This document shows positions 54,795 to 64,000 of a DNA stretch of 64,000 bases, piece after piece; position 1 is the first letter of the stretch; each line of letters opens with the position of its first letter. This DNA is from Candidatus Micrarchaeota archaeon (GTDB lineage Archaea > Micrarchaeota > Micrarchaeia > Anstonellales > Bilamarchaeaceae), in contig JBDRPL010000009.1 in NCBI GenBank assembly GCA_043827025.1, forward strand, positions 1 through 64,000. The letters run 5' to 3'. The notes under the pieces are model-generated. The model was given only the letters and a program-made list of their open reading frames with translations, was not told the origin of the DNA and did not search any database. A program made the position numbers and the translations under genes.

Positions 54795-55817
54795 TCAATC
54801 TCTGGCCTCTAAAACAAGTATCTTATTTCTTTTTGCCCCGCTTAATTTAAGCGCCTTAATCAATTCAGACAATTCAGTTATTGGAACCAATTTGTCTCCT
54901 GCTTTGACTTTGAAATCTATCCCCTTTTCAGGGTAAGGCAAATCGATTATCATTCCATTTCCGAATTTTTGCTTCGGAAGCGAGTCAAGTTCTTTGATTG
55001 CCTTATACAACTTTCTGTTTAGTATTCTTTCAACAAACTCCTTTCCGCTTGTTTTTCTCAGAAGCATCAATGCCTCGTCATCCCCAAGTCCTAGGAATTC
55101 TTCCGCATTTATGTCCTTGTTTTCAATTGCCATTTCAACAGCTTTGCGGAACATTGCAGCCGCTATCCTGGTCGTCTTATGCAGATAAACGGTAGAGAAC
55201 ATCATGAATCTTGCAATCAGCAATGTCTCGGCAGCTTCCAGCCCCCTTTCTTCAATACAAAGTTCGCCGTTTTCAATACAGAGCGTGTGGGTGAGCCTGT
55301 CAGTATCAATTATTCCATAGGCAACTCCTGTATTGTGGGCGTCCCTTGTCAAATAATCCATCCTGTCAGCACCAAGGTCTGATGTAACTATTTCACCTTT
55401 CTTGCTTTCACCTATTCTCCATATTTCTTTTGCAGAATGATTTTCATTTAATATGTCTGCTATTTCTTCTTTACAAACTTTTTGTTCTCCGATTTTTTCA
55501 TGATCTCCAAGGTATGTTTTCAATATTTTTTCAGAATCATGTGAGAATGCAAGATGGCCGATGTCATGCAGTAATGCATAGAGCCTCAGCTCTTGTTTTT
55601 CTTCATTGCCTATCTGAAGCTTGTCTGCTATCTGTGAAGTCAGATGCATTGTGCCGAGCGCATGGGCAAATCTCGTATGTGTTGCTCCTGGATAAACAAG
55701 GTAGGTGAGTGCCATCTGTTTTATCCTATGTAGCCTTTGGAATTCTGCAGTATCTATCAATCGCTTTTCTGTTTCTGAAAAAGAAATAGTCCCGTAAATT
55801 TCATCTTTGATTATCAT
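54795..55817 (-). CDS. HD-domain phosphohydrolase (dNTP triphosphohydrolase/SAMHD1-like)
   Basis: FQRLHRIKQ, YPGATHTRFAH, LLHDIGH..FSH, DRMDYL, VYLHKT. Confidence 0.9.
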   Translation of the reverse strand: MIIKDEIYGTISFSETEKRLIDTAEFQRLHRIKQMALTYLVYPGATHTRFAHALGTMHLTSQIADKLQIGNEEKQELRLYALLHDIGHLAFSHDSEKILKTYLGDHEKIGEQKVCKEEIADILNENHSAKEIWRIGESKKGEIVTSDLGADRMDYLTRDAHNTGVAYGIIDTDRLTHTLCIENGELCIEERGLEAAETLLIARFMMFSTVYLHKTTRIAAAMFRKAVEMAIENKDINAEEFLGLGDDEALMLLRKTSGKEFVERILNRKLYKAIKELDSLPKQKFGNGMIIDLPYPEKGIDFKVKAGDKLVPITELSELIKALKLSGAKRNKILVLEARD

Positions 55818-55829
55818 GCTCTCGCCAAA

Positions 55830-56597
55830 CTATACCAAACTAAACATTCCCTTCTTCTTTTCTATTACTTCCCCCTCTTCGCCAAGGAACCTTAAAATCA
55901 CTGTGACAGCATCAGCTTCAAGATTGCACCTCTTTCCAATTCCAACAGCATCACAATCTCCTTCTCCAAGTGCCTTCTTTATCGCATTTGAGGTTTTTTC
56001 ATAATATGTTTTAGTGGCAGCGTAGAATTTCTGGTCAAATCCTTTGACTGCGAGTATACTAGATTTTTCACTCTTCATTTTCTGCGAGAACGCATATGCT
56101 TGGTTGCTGTCTGTTAGTATGAGGTAGCCTTTTTTTTTGAGTTCCAATACGAAATCCCCTGGCATCTCTGATTTTCTTTCTCCTTGTACAACAGGTTTTA
56201 CTAGGGGTCCGTTTGTTTGTTGGCCTTTCACAAAATTGAAGATGTTGTCAGTTATATTATATACTCCATCAGGATATTTCTTGTTTTGGTAGACTGTTAT
56301 GAGTTTCTTTGACAACAGTCCTGAAAGCGTCTTTCTTTCTGTGTCATTGAGCGTCTTGTCTATCTTTGGAGGGACCCTGTCTTCGAACTTAAATGCAAGC
56401 AACTTCAATACTAATGTCTTTTCCTCATGGTTGAGAAGTACATCGCCTGTTTTTTGCTTTACTACTTCCACATTTCCAAGCCTTTTGCTTAGCAGATAAA
56501 ACCCGTCCTTAAGTTTGAAAAATTCAACATCAGATCCAAGTTCATCTGGCAGTTCCAAGTAGTATTTGTTTTCTCTTTTCAGAACTCGGGTTTCCAT
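55830..56597 (-). CDS. Hypothetical protein with AbrB-like N-terminus and winged-helix-like C-terminus
   Basis: YYLELPDELG; C-terminal ILRFLGEEGEVIEKKKG. Confidence 0.5.
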   Translation of the reverse strand: METRVLKRENKYYLELPDELGSDVEFFKLKDGFYLLSKRLGNVEVVKQKTGDVLLNHEEKTLVLKLLAFKFEDRVPPKIDKTLNDTERKTLSGLLSKKLITVYQNKKYPDGVYNITDNIFNFVKGQQTNGPLVKPVVQGERKSEMPGDFVLELKKKGYLILTDSNQAYAFSQKMKSEKSSILAVKGFDQKFYAATKTYYEKTSNAIKKALGEGDCDAVGIGKRCNLEADAVTVILRFLGEEGEVIEKKKGMFSLV

Positions 56598-56678
56598 GTG
56601 ATATCTAGTATTCGTTGATAATTTTTAATACTATCTCTGGCCAAAGCTTTCGTTTAAAAAAAATAAAAAAAGATATGC

Positions 56679-57290
56679 TTATCCGGAGAGTCCTGGCATA
56701 TCTCCTTCACAGCTGAGCATTATTGCTTCCTGAGTATCAGGATCATCATAGCCCTCCATCATCATGATGAGTTCTATGCCGAATATAGTTGTCTTTTTGT
56801 TTTCTGCATCTCCTCCCCTCATCATATTTATCACGGGGTTTGGAAGTGTGCATTTCTTGTATTTTCCAGCATATGCTTTTTGGTCTTCCATCTGTATGTT
56901 GTCAGCAGGGCCATATTGTACCTTGACCATGCATCCGTCACCTGATGGGCCTTCTATAGTGAAGTCCAACCCCTTATCTGGTTCTGTGACCTTTGCCTTT
57001 GAACAGGCAAGTAAATTCTCATAGATGCAGTAATTTGCATTGATGTCGTTATCTGTTGTTGGCGGAACTGTTTTTTCATAGATCTTGCCGCAATCCGCGT
57101 ATGTGGGTGCAGTTGTCACCGGCGTTGTCGTTACTGGGGGTGTTGTTTGTGTGCCATCTGTAGTGGTTGTTGTTTCCGTTGTTGCAGGTGCATTTTGATC
57201 TATTGTGCTTGTGCTGGTACAGCCGCTGAGCATCAGCATCGCAATTATTAATCCTATCAAAAGGACCGACTTATTTTTTTGAAATTCCAT
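56679..57290 (-). CDS. Lipoprotein with Thr-rich linker and Cys-containing domain
   Basis: Lipobox LSGC; GGAGGGG RBS before ATG 57290. Confidence 0.7.
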   Translation of the reverse strand: MEFQKNKSVLLIGLIIAMLMLSGCTSTSTIDQNAPATTETTTTTDGTQTTPPVTTTPVTTAPTYADCGKIYEKTVPPTTDNDINANYCIYENLLACSKAKVTEPDKGLDFTIEGPSGDGCMVKVQYGPADNIQMEDQKAYAGKYKKCTLPNPVINMMRGGDAENKKTTIFGIELIMMMEGYDDPDTQEAIMLSCEGDMPGLSG

Positions 57291-57307
57291 TTTATCCCCT
57301 CCTTTCA

Positions 57308-58210
57308 TTATTTTTTGTGTAGGTATTCCTTCACCATTTCTTTTATACCTTCGGGTGTCTTCCTTGGCTTGAACTTCAGTTCTTTCTTTGCCTTTGCGCA
57401 GTTAAAAAACCTGTCGTTGGCAAGTATGTTCAGGTGCTCGGAAGTAAGGAATTGTTTTTTATTCATCAGCTTTTTTATCATGCCTTGTAATAGGAAAAGC
57501 GCTTTGGCGATTGCCACACTTGTTTTTTTCGGCTCCATCCTGATTCTCAGAGCTTTGCAAACCGCCTCATGTGTTTCTATTTGAGTTATCGGGTCAGCGC
57601 AAACAACATAAACTCCTGGTTTTGCATTTACTGAGTTTGCGATTGCTCGTGCAACATCGTCCACATGCACAAACGGAAGATGGTTCTTTCCATCTCCAAT
57701 TATTGGCATCCTGCTCTTTGAAATATATTCAATCATCTTGAAATAATCTTCGAAACCAGGACCATATATCGTTCCAATCCTAAGCACCACATTTCCCTTG
57801 CCTTCCAAAACTTCCTGCTCGCTTGCATATTTGCTCTTTGCATATTCGCTGTCAGGTCTGCATCTTGTTTGTTCATTAGCAGGGAGTTCCGCAAGTTTTT
57901 TGCCATAGACTGATATGGAACCTGCATAGATTATCCGTGTTTTTTTCGGGTCAATGGAATCACAAATCCTTTTCGTCAATCCGTAATTCGCATGCCACAA
58001 TTCTTTCTTGTCATTGAATTTCATGGAGCCTGCAAGATGTATCACTGCATTTGCGCCTTTGAAAGTCTGTTTCAAATCAAGATTCGAATCGCGAAGATTA
58101 ACAGGAATGGCATTTGGAATCAACTTTAAGACTGTCTTTCCAAGCCTTCCCTTAGCGCCTGTTATGTATATCTTCAGGTTCTGTTTAGGTTTCAATATAC
58201 TCACTTTCAA
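57308..58210 (-). CDS. NAD-dependent epimerase/dehydratase (extended SDR)
   Basis: ITGAKGRLG, VIHLAG, YAKSK, YGPG, FVHVDDVA. Confidence 0.9.
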   Translation of the reverse strand: MKVSILKPKQNLKIYITGAKGRLGKTVLKLIPNAIPVNLRDSNLDLKQTFKGANAVIHLAGSMKFNDKKELWHANYGLTKRICDSIDPKKTRIIYAGSISVYGKKLAELPANEQTRCRPDSEYAKSKYASEQEVLEGKGNVVLRIGTIYGPGFEDYFKMIEYISKSRMPIIGDGKNHLPFVHVDDVARAIANSVNAKPGVYVVCADPITQIETHEAVCKALRIRMEPKKTSVAIAKALFLLQGMIKKLMNKKQFLTSEHLNILANDRFFNCAKAKKELKFKPRKTPEGIKEMVKEYLHKK

Positions 58211-58250
58211 TTAGAATTAGAAAAAGGAAAGAATAAAGGGATTTCTATTG

Positions 58251-58619
58251 TCAGTTGAGTCCTGGGTATAACTTTTTATCAATCGGATTGCATTTTTTGC
58301 CCAACTCGTCAAGGCCTTCCACTGCCCCTACGTTTACAATGCACATCTTGCCTAATTCATTGACCACAGGCATGCATTTCTTTCCCCATTCGTCAACGCC
58401 ATCTACTTGGCCTGGGTTTACAGTGCATTTCTTGCCTGTGAGGATATCGATAGTCATCAATTTCTTTGATGCTGGCTGTACTGTTATTTTCGTGTCCCCT
58501 ACAACTGGCGTGACTTTCTTGGCAATAGTCGCCTTCCCAGAAGCAGATTCTCCTTGGATACATCCTGCAAGCAGTATTGCCATTGCCAAAAGTCCGATTA
58601 TCAATAGTTTGGTGTTCAT
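58251..58619 (-). CDS. Small lipoprotein with repeated GK(K/M)C motifs
   Basis: Lipobox LAGC; four GK(K/M)C motifs. Confidence 0.65.
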   Translation of the reverse strand: MNTKLLIIGLLAMAILLAGCIQGESASGKATIAKKVTPVVGDTKITVQPASKKLMTIDILTGKKCTVNPGQVDGVDEWGKKCMPVVNELGKMCIVNVGAVEGLDELGKKCNPIDKKLYPGLN

Positions 58620-58834
58620 AATTATCTATTGATCCGGGCATGTTTTTATTGGTTTGGGTTATTGCGAATGGCATGGCGCAGGCAATTGGCATAATCGACA
58701 AAAAAGATTCAAAGCCAGTAATCAATAAGCTGAAAGCCATTGGATTTGATTAATCGAATAGCAGAACGAGTGAAAAAAGACGCGTATTTATAAACCTACA
58801 ATTCCATATTTTCACCAATGATCGGTGATACGTG

Positions 58835-59656
58835 ATGGTAAGCCAGAAAACACTTATTTATGGTTCTGTTGCAATTGGCGTGCTGGGTTTTTTCCTTAGC
58901 CTCATAAATGCTTCAGGCCCTAGTACAAACCCTCTTTTAGGGATGATAGGCGCAATATTTGCAGGGATGGGCGCGCTTTTTGCGGTAATTTTTGTAAAGT
59001 TTGGTTACATTGTGATACCTGCAATCACGAAAAGGACCGGCACTGTGGTTCAGTTTGAGAATTCCTATGAGATACCTCCTTCAGAGGATGTGGTTGTGAA
59101 GAATGTTAATGGTGCATATTATGCCTCAGCATTCCTTAGCCTGGAGATATTTGAATCCGCCTCGGAAAAGTCCAATGAGCAGAATATCGCATACAATGAG
59201 TTTTTCGAAAGGGCAATTTCGAACCTGAAATATGTCACAAAAATCTCATACTTAGTGTATGTCGAAGATATCACAGAAGAAAGGAAAAGAATAGATACTA
59301 GGAGAGCAGAAGCCCAGCTTAGGCTCCAAAGAGAGAGGGAAAAGGGCGAACAGGACGTATTGAGGATCGACAAGTTTGAGAAAGAGATTTCGATGTTTGA
59401 TGGCCAGCTTGACAAACTCATACGCGGTGAAAAGCCTATTGGTGTAATTGCAACAGCAATGACCTGCGCAGTTGGAGTTAGCAAGGATGCTGCAATTGCA
59501 AATGTGAAGGCGCAGGCCAATGAACTTACGACTCTATTGTCAAATGCACTTAATGTGAAAGTGGAGCAGCTTACTGGAGACCAGATGCTGAAATGCTTTG
59601 AATGGGAATCTTTCTTCCCTGCGAAACCGCAGGATTTACAGGATAACTTGGTGTAA
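58835..59656 (+). CDS. Two-TM membrane protein with coiled coil, resembling the VirB4 N-terminal region
   Basis: GGTG RBS; two N-terminal TMs; coiled coil; C-terminal ..NALNVKVEQLTGDQML; abuts the ATPase gene. Confidence 0.55.
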   Translation: MVSQKTLIYGSVAIGVLGFFLSLINASGPSTNPLLGMIGAIFAGMGALFAVIFVKFGYIVIPAITKRTGTVVQFENSYEIPPSEDVVVKNVNGAYYASAFLSLEIFESASEKSNEQNIAYNEFFERAISNLKYVTKISYLVYVEDITEERKRIDTRRAEAQLRLQREREKGEQDVLRIDKFEKEISMFDGQLDKLIRGEKPIGVIATAMTCAVGVSKDAAIANVKAQANELTTLLSNALNVKVEQLTGDQMLKCFEWESFFPAKPQDLQDNLV

Positions 59657-59659
59657 GAT

Positions 59660-61198
59660 ATGTTGGGCGGAAAATTGCATCTAAGCAAAATCAAGAACGT
59701 GGATCTTGCAAGGAGGAATCTTCTTGTGCATCCTCCTGAGCCCCCTATAGAGATAGTGTTTCCCGACCCGCTCAATTCCGTTTATGTGGGAAGAACAAAG
59801 ATATTTAATGTTCCTTTTTACTGGTCCTATGAAAATGTTGCAAATCCGCACATTGCAGTGGTAGGTATCTCAGGTTCAGGTAAAAGTTATTTCATAAAAA
59901 CCTTTCTTCTTAGGTCATCCTACGTATGGAATGCGAACGCACTTATAATCGATTGGGCTGGGGAGTATAAGGACTGGGTAAGGCAGACTGGCGGGAAAAT
60001 CATCTCTCTGGGAAAAGGCTCGTTTCTCAACCTTCTTGATCTTGGAGGCATGAAGCCGTATAATAGGATAAAACAGATAATGAGGACCCTTGGTATACTT
60101 ACAGATATTGATCAATATCCTGAGCAAAAAAGGCTGACAGAACAGGCTTTGGAAAAAGCATACATAAAGGCAAAATACAAGATGGATCGGAATGACCAGA
60201 AGGATGAGCTGGGAAAAGGCCTTACGCCCCCGACTTTAAGAGACGTTGTCAATGAACTGAAGGAGCAGGCGACTCTGGGCACATATGAATTCCCTGCTGA
60301 ACTCGAGAATGCTATTTACAGATTAAAACAATTCACTAGAAGCGGAGAGGATTTCTTTGCGCAGCAGAGCACAGTTTCGCTTGATGAAATAACTACTTCC
60401 GGCCTTGTTGATCTTGATTTGTCTGGTTTGCCTGATGAAACCTTTAGGGCATTAGGCGCACTTACTATCCTACAGTTCCTTAAGGAGAAGATGAGGCTGA
60501 CAGGATGGGAATCCAAAAAAGGAGTGAAATTTATAATCGTGCTTGATGAGGCTTGGAAAATAGCTGGTGATGAGAAGAGTGATGCAGTCATGATAATAAG
60601 AGAGGGCCGTAAATATAATTTCTGCATGATAGTGGCATCCCAAAATCCTACAGACATCAATGAGGCCATTTTTTCCAACGTTGGAACAACATTCATCTTG
60701 AAGATAAAGTTCGATAAGTATCTGGATTATTTACAATCTACATTAAACTTCAGCAATTATATGCGAAATGCAATCTCGAAATTCGGTGTAGGGGAATGTG
60801 CAGTCAATATGGCCTTTACTACGCCCACCCAATATCCCCCAACATTCCTGATCAGTAAAATCGAAGGTGAAGAGCCTGCAGAGGAATATTTCCTTGACTT
60901 AGAACTGGCACTTACTCCTGAGCAGAAGAAAAAGATGGAATTCAATACGAGGGTGGCATTCCTTAAGAAAGAGCTTACAAGGAAACTCGTGCAATATGGT
61001 TTGAATCTTGACAAGGTCAAAGAAACGATTTCTGCATTTGAGAAGGAGAAACGGCACCTAGGAGTAGTTAAATTTGTCATTATGCTTGAGAGGTATGGTA
61101 TAGCAAGGCAAAACATCTCAAAGCTTCTGAAGGAATCAGGGCTTGACGATCGTGTAATAATCAGTATTTTTGCAAAAGCCAGAAGCGGAGGTGTCTGA
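59660..61198 (+). CDS. VirB4/HerA/FtsK-superfamily pumping ATPase with extra C-terminal helical domain
   Basis: NPHIAVVGISGSGKS Walker A, IIDWAGEY, IVLDEAW Walker B, REGRKY, ASQNP. Confidence 0.88.
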   Translation: MLGGKLHLSKIKNVDLARRNLLVHPPEPPIEIVFPDPLNSVYVGRTKIFNVPFYWSYENVANPHIAVVGISGSGKSYFIKTFLLRSSYVWNANALIIDWAGEYKDWVRQTGGKIISLGKGSFLNLLDLGGMKPYNRIKQIMRTLGILTDIDQYPEQKRLTEQALEKAYIKAKYKMDRNDQKDELGKGLTPPTLRDVVNELKEQATLGTYEFPAELENAIYRLKQFTRSGEDFFAQQSTVSLDEITTSGLVDLDLSGLPDETFRALGALTILQFLKEKMRLTGWESKKGVKFIIVLDEAWKIAGDEKSDAVMIIREGRKYNFCMIVASQNPTDINEAIFSNVGTTFILKIKFDKYLDYLQSTLNFSNYMRNAISKFGVGECAVNMAFTTPTQYPPTFLISKIEGEEPAEEYFLDLELALTPEQKKKMEFNTRVAFLKKELTRKLVQYGLNLDKVKETISAFEKEKRHLGVVKFVIMLERYGIARQNISKLLKESGLDDRVIISIFAKARSGGV

Positions 61199-61199
61199 A

Positions 61200-61499
61200 T
61201 TGACAAACAGCATAAAGATGCTCAAGGATGATTTCAGGAGACGGCTAAGAGCATATGGTCTTTCAGAAGAAAGGATGGAAGAGGCATCAAGGCTTTTTGA
61301 AAGGAACAATAGCCATGTGGATGTAATTTCATTTGTTCTCATGCTTGAGCGATTTGGAGTTTCAAGACGAGACATCCGCGATTTTCTCAAGGAAGCGGGC
61401 ATAGATGACATCACACTTATAAATGTCTTTGGAAAAGTAGACATCAAGAAAAGCGATTTTTCCAGCAGTGGCATAACTCAGGTAGTCCTGGAGGATTGA
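61200..61499 (+). CDS. Stand-alone paralog of the ATPase C-terminal helical domain
   Basis: Aligns by eye with the last ~80 aa of 59660-61198; GGAGGTG RBS before TTG 61200. Confidence 0.75.
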   Translation: MTNSIKMLKDDFRRRLRAYGLSEERMEEASRLFERNNSHVDVISFVLMLERFGVSRRDIRDFLKEAGIDDITLINVFGKVDIKKSDFSSSGITQVVLED

Positions 61500-61885
61500 A
61501 CATGAAAGTCTGCATCATATGCGAAAAAGAAGTAAAAGGCTCGAATTCAGGGGCGAAGAAGGTAAAGATAGATGTGGTCATCAAAGCCATCAGGTCTATG
61601 AAGTCTTTTTTGAAGGTGGCAAAGAACAATGGACTGTATGTGTGCAAGAAAGATTTTGAGTCTTACAGGAAGAAAAGGGAGAAATTTGAAAGAGATATGG
61701 TGCTTGTTTCAGCCATTGCCGCGATAGTTGTATTAGTATTGATAGGAATCCCGCTTCTTTCAGGGCGACTCAATCTTCTTGATGTGTTTGCCTCTCTGTT
61801 CCTGGGGGTGCTTTTGCTTGCCTTTGGAGTTATCTTTAGATACACGCCTGCAATAGAAGGCGCAGGAAAAATCAAGGGTGTTTGA
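61496..61885 (+). CDS. Small membrane protein with Cys (Zn-finger-like) N-terminus and two TMs
   Basis: CIIC...VC, then two TM helices; overlaps the upstream stop. Confidence 0.7.
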   Translation: MNMKVCIICEKEVKGSNSGAKKVKIDVVIKAIRSMKSFLKVAKNNGLYVCKKDFESYRKKREKFERDMVLVSAIAAIVVLVLIGIPLLSGRLNLLDVFASLFLGVLLLAFGVIFRYTPAIEGAGKIKGV

Positions 61886-62618
61886 CATGGTTGACCAGAA
61901 AAGAATGGGGGAACCTTCAGTAGGCGGGTTCAAGATAAAAGGCGTGGTGCTGAAAAAATCTTTGAGTAACGTGGCCGAGATTTTGAGGACAGTTTCATTT
62001 TTGGAAGTTGCTCTTGGAACAGACAAGGTGAATGCAGCTTATGTAGAAAGTAAGGATATCAACAACAATCCTTATCTTTTTTCGATAATCCAGATAAGTA
62101 AGAATGAAGTTGAAGTTATATATTCCATTACTCCTGAAATTTCTCCTGCTAAAAGAAAGATGGATGTGATAAGGTATTTCCTGAATATCCTCAGCCTTGT
62201 GGGCGAATATTATTCAGTGGACAATAAAGTAGTCTATCAGCTCATCGAAGAATCGCTCACTTCAATTGCAGAATCTGTGACTCTTGATTATTCTAAGCTT
62301 TATACCTCTTATGACAGCCTTAAGGCAGAGGCTGATACTCTCAGGAAGAAAAATGAGAGGATGAAGGATGAGATTCAGGCGCTGAACAATAGGAATTTTG
62401 AGCTCAAATCGAAAAATGATGAACTTTCGCTTGTGGTTAATGAATTTGAGGGGCTTTCAGATGAGGCGATTATGGCAAGGCTTCAGAATTGGGTGCTAGA
62501 GCATGATGGTGAAGTGAATGTATATGAGTTCGCAAAGGTGAACAAGGTAATCGAGACAAGGGTAGAATCAGCACTGAACAAGCTCGTGAGCGAAGGTTAC
62601 CTGGAGCTCCTGAAATAA
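61878..62618 (+). CDS. Coiled-coil protein with C-terminal winged helix (start possibly 61887)
   Basis: Beta-rich N-domain, heptad region, GEVNVYEFAKVNKV...VESALNKLVSEGYL. Confidence 0.7.
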   Translation: MFDMVDQKRMGEPSVGGFKIKGVVLKKSLSNVAEILRTVSFLEVALGTDKVNAAYVESKDINNNPYLFSIIQISKNEVEVIYSITPEISPAKRKMDVIRYFLNILSLVGEYYSVDNKVVYQLIEESLTSIAESVTLDYSKLYTSYDSLKAEADTLRKKNERMKDEIQALNNRNFELKSKNDELSLVVNEFEGLSDEAIMARLQNWVLEHDGEVNVYEFAKVNKVIETRVESALNKLVSEGYLELLK

Positions 62619-62633
62619 ACTAGAAGGATTGCT

Positions 62634-64000
62634 ATGGTGGATGTTACAAAACTCAGGATTTCAAAGAAATCGTACAGGTTCGAGGTAAAGAAGAAATTCG
62701 AAAATGCCCAAATCTACAAGCCAGTCAAACGCAGCCTAGGCGAGCAGTTGAAGAATTCACTTTCAAAGATGTTCAAGCCAAAGCCAAAGCCCAAAGCAGT
62801 AGTAGGTTTTATTACTCCACCCAGTGCCCATCATGGATTCAATTTCAAGCTTCTTTTTGGAGCAATAATCATTGCTTTCATTTTAGTATATGCCGGCTTT
62901 GCATTTTATGTCCAGACAATCTCCTCTTTCAACGAGCCTGTTAAAGTCATTGTAAGGGGTTATTTTGATAGTTCCATTGTTGACAAGGGAATCATAACTG
63001 CAGGAGATAGGACTAATAGCAAAAACATAGGCTATGTCCGCCTTGACCATAAGTCCTCTAATATTGATAGTTATAGTGTTAACATCTCCGTTTATGATCA
63101 GTATCTGCCATCTGAGATATTCGTACTTGACAGTGCAAGATATCAGGCAGATTCGTTTGATGAATTCTTTTTTGACCTTAAGAATGATCTCTATTCTATG
63201 GGGATGCATGTGACCAAGATTTCGATAAAAGACCTCCATTCCATGCCTGCAGGCGCCATGATCATCGTACCTTCAGGCCAGATACCAGAGGAGTTCCTTG
63301 GGGATTCAGGGCTTCTCAAAAGCCTTACTTCAAAAGGCTCAGTCATAATTTATATTGGAAACAACTTTGACCAAATGTTACGCACCTCTTCAGATGGCCA
63401 GGGCGTTGTTGTCAAGACTCCTGATGCCCTAAAAACAAACTCCGTAGGATTCACTGCCTCAAGGCCGACATGTTCTGGTCTTGGGCTATATGATTCATTA
63501 TATGATGTCAGAGGTTCATCTTCTCTTTATGGTTGTGTGAGCCTGATCAAATATGGCCAGGGTAACATATTATTCCTTCCTCAAACCCTTGATTCAGGAT
63601 GGATCTCTAATGGAAGCCCTGACCCAGCTCTTGCATCAAAAGACATATCCAAGATAATTTATGATGCTGCATGGCTGAAACCCTCTATTGAAAACAAATA
63701 TTATTATTTCAACAAATCAGAAGATGGTATTACTGATTTTTTCACCAATACTTTTGATGGTGATGATAAATATGTCCGCTTTGAGATACGAAGCTATTCA
63801 AGCAACATAATGTTCCTTGATGTGCGTACACTTCACCTTGCTAAGAATGTAAATGGGGATCTGACAACTGAAGGGGGATATATTGTTTCAGTAGAACAAA
63901 CAGATTCCAGAATCAGGATGCATGCCGACCTCAAGGATCCAAAGCCTGAAGAGAAACAACTCTATTTTGTTATCACAAAGAATGGTGAATTTGTTGGTGA
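62634..64000 (+). CDS. Large type II membrane protein with extracellular domain, runs off window end
   Basis: Manual translation from ATG 62634: basic N-terminus, single TM (LLFGAIIIAFILVYAGFAFYV), alpha/beta segment MIIVPSGQIP; frame still open at 64000. Confidence 0.75.
   Translation, partial: MVDVTKLRISKKSYRFEVKKKFENAQIYKPVKRSLGEQLKNSLSKMFKPKPKPKAVVGFITPPSAHHGFNFKLLFGAIIIAFILVYAGFAFYVQTISSFNEPVKVIVRGYFDSSIVDKGIITAGDRTNSKNIGYVRLDHKSSNIDSYSVNISVYDQYLPSEIFVLDSARYQADSFDEFFFDLKNDLYSMGMHVTKISIKDLHSMPAGAMIIVPSGQIPEEFLGDSGLLKSLTSKGSVIIYIGNNFDQMLRTSSDGQGVVVKTPDALKTNSVGFTASRPTCSGLGLYDSLYDVRGSSSLYGCVSLIKYGQGNILFLPQTLDSGWISNGSPDPALASKDISKIIYDAAWLKPSIENKYYYFNKSEDGITDFFTNTFDGDDKYVRFEIRSYSSNIMFLDVRTLHLAKNVNGDLTTEGGYIVSVEQTDSRIRMHADLKDPKPEEKQLYFVITKNGEFVG

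Noticed and set aside
59660..61198. Canonical HerA DNA-repair helicase
   Set aside because: No N-terminal HAS barrel and no nurA/mre11/rad50 neighbours; flanked by membrane proteins instead
1..64000. Genome-wide TAG recoding (pyrrolysine or alternative code)
   Set aside because: Conserved genes such as aIF2-gamma, the M24 peptidase, thyX, hppA, tnpA and the AAA ATPase end at TAG at their expected lengths; no pyl genes or CUA tRNA in the window
1..64000. CRISPR array, cas genes, reverse transcriptase/DGR, rRNA
   Set aside because: No regularly spaced repeats, RT motifs or rRNA-like conserved segments were seen by eye

Overview
Gene-dense archaeal chromosomal segment, most likely from a DPANN archaeon of Micrarchaeota type (inferred from aIF2-gamma/rps6e, aCPSF1 next to psmB, Sec61-beta, geranylgeranyl reductase, GGTG-type RBSs, multi-intron tRNAs, many Cys-rich surface proteins and orphan ORFs). 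It contains housekeeping genes, folate/thymidylate genes (tandem ThyX, folC, folD), a SerK-like kinase/transporter/aminotransferase operon, pyrF, a K+-independent-type membrane PPase, a P-type ATPase, VapBC and HicAB modules, and an IS200-family element that splits an orphan gene. Three intron-containing tRNAs (Ser-GCT, Trp-CCA, Leu-TAA) are present. Main candidates for novelty: (1) a six-gene operon at 58.8-64 kb built around a split VirB4/HerA-like ATPase with a duplicated helical domain, a possible host-contact secretion or uptake machine; (2) a hairpin module shared by the introns of all three tRNAs; (3) a hairpin-dense noncoding element beside tRNA-Leu that shares its end with the IS200 element; (4) a candidate ~147-nt ncRNA upstream of pyrF; (5) a secreted beta-barrel-like protein; (6) a family of Cys-rich surface proteins, one paired with a transglutaminase-like enzyme. 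All product calls come from motif recognition by eye; no searches were run.
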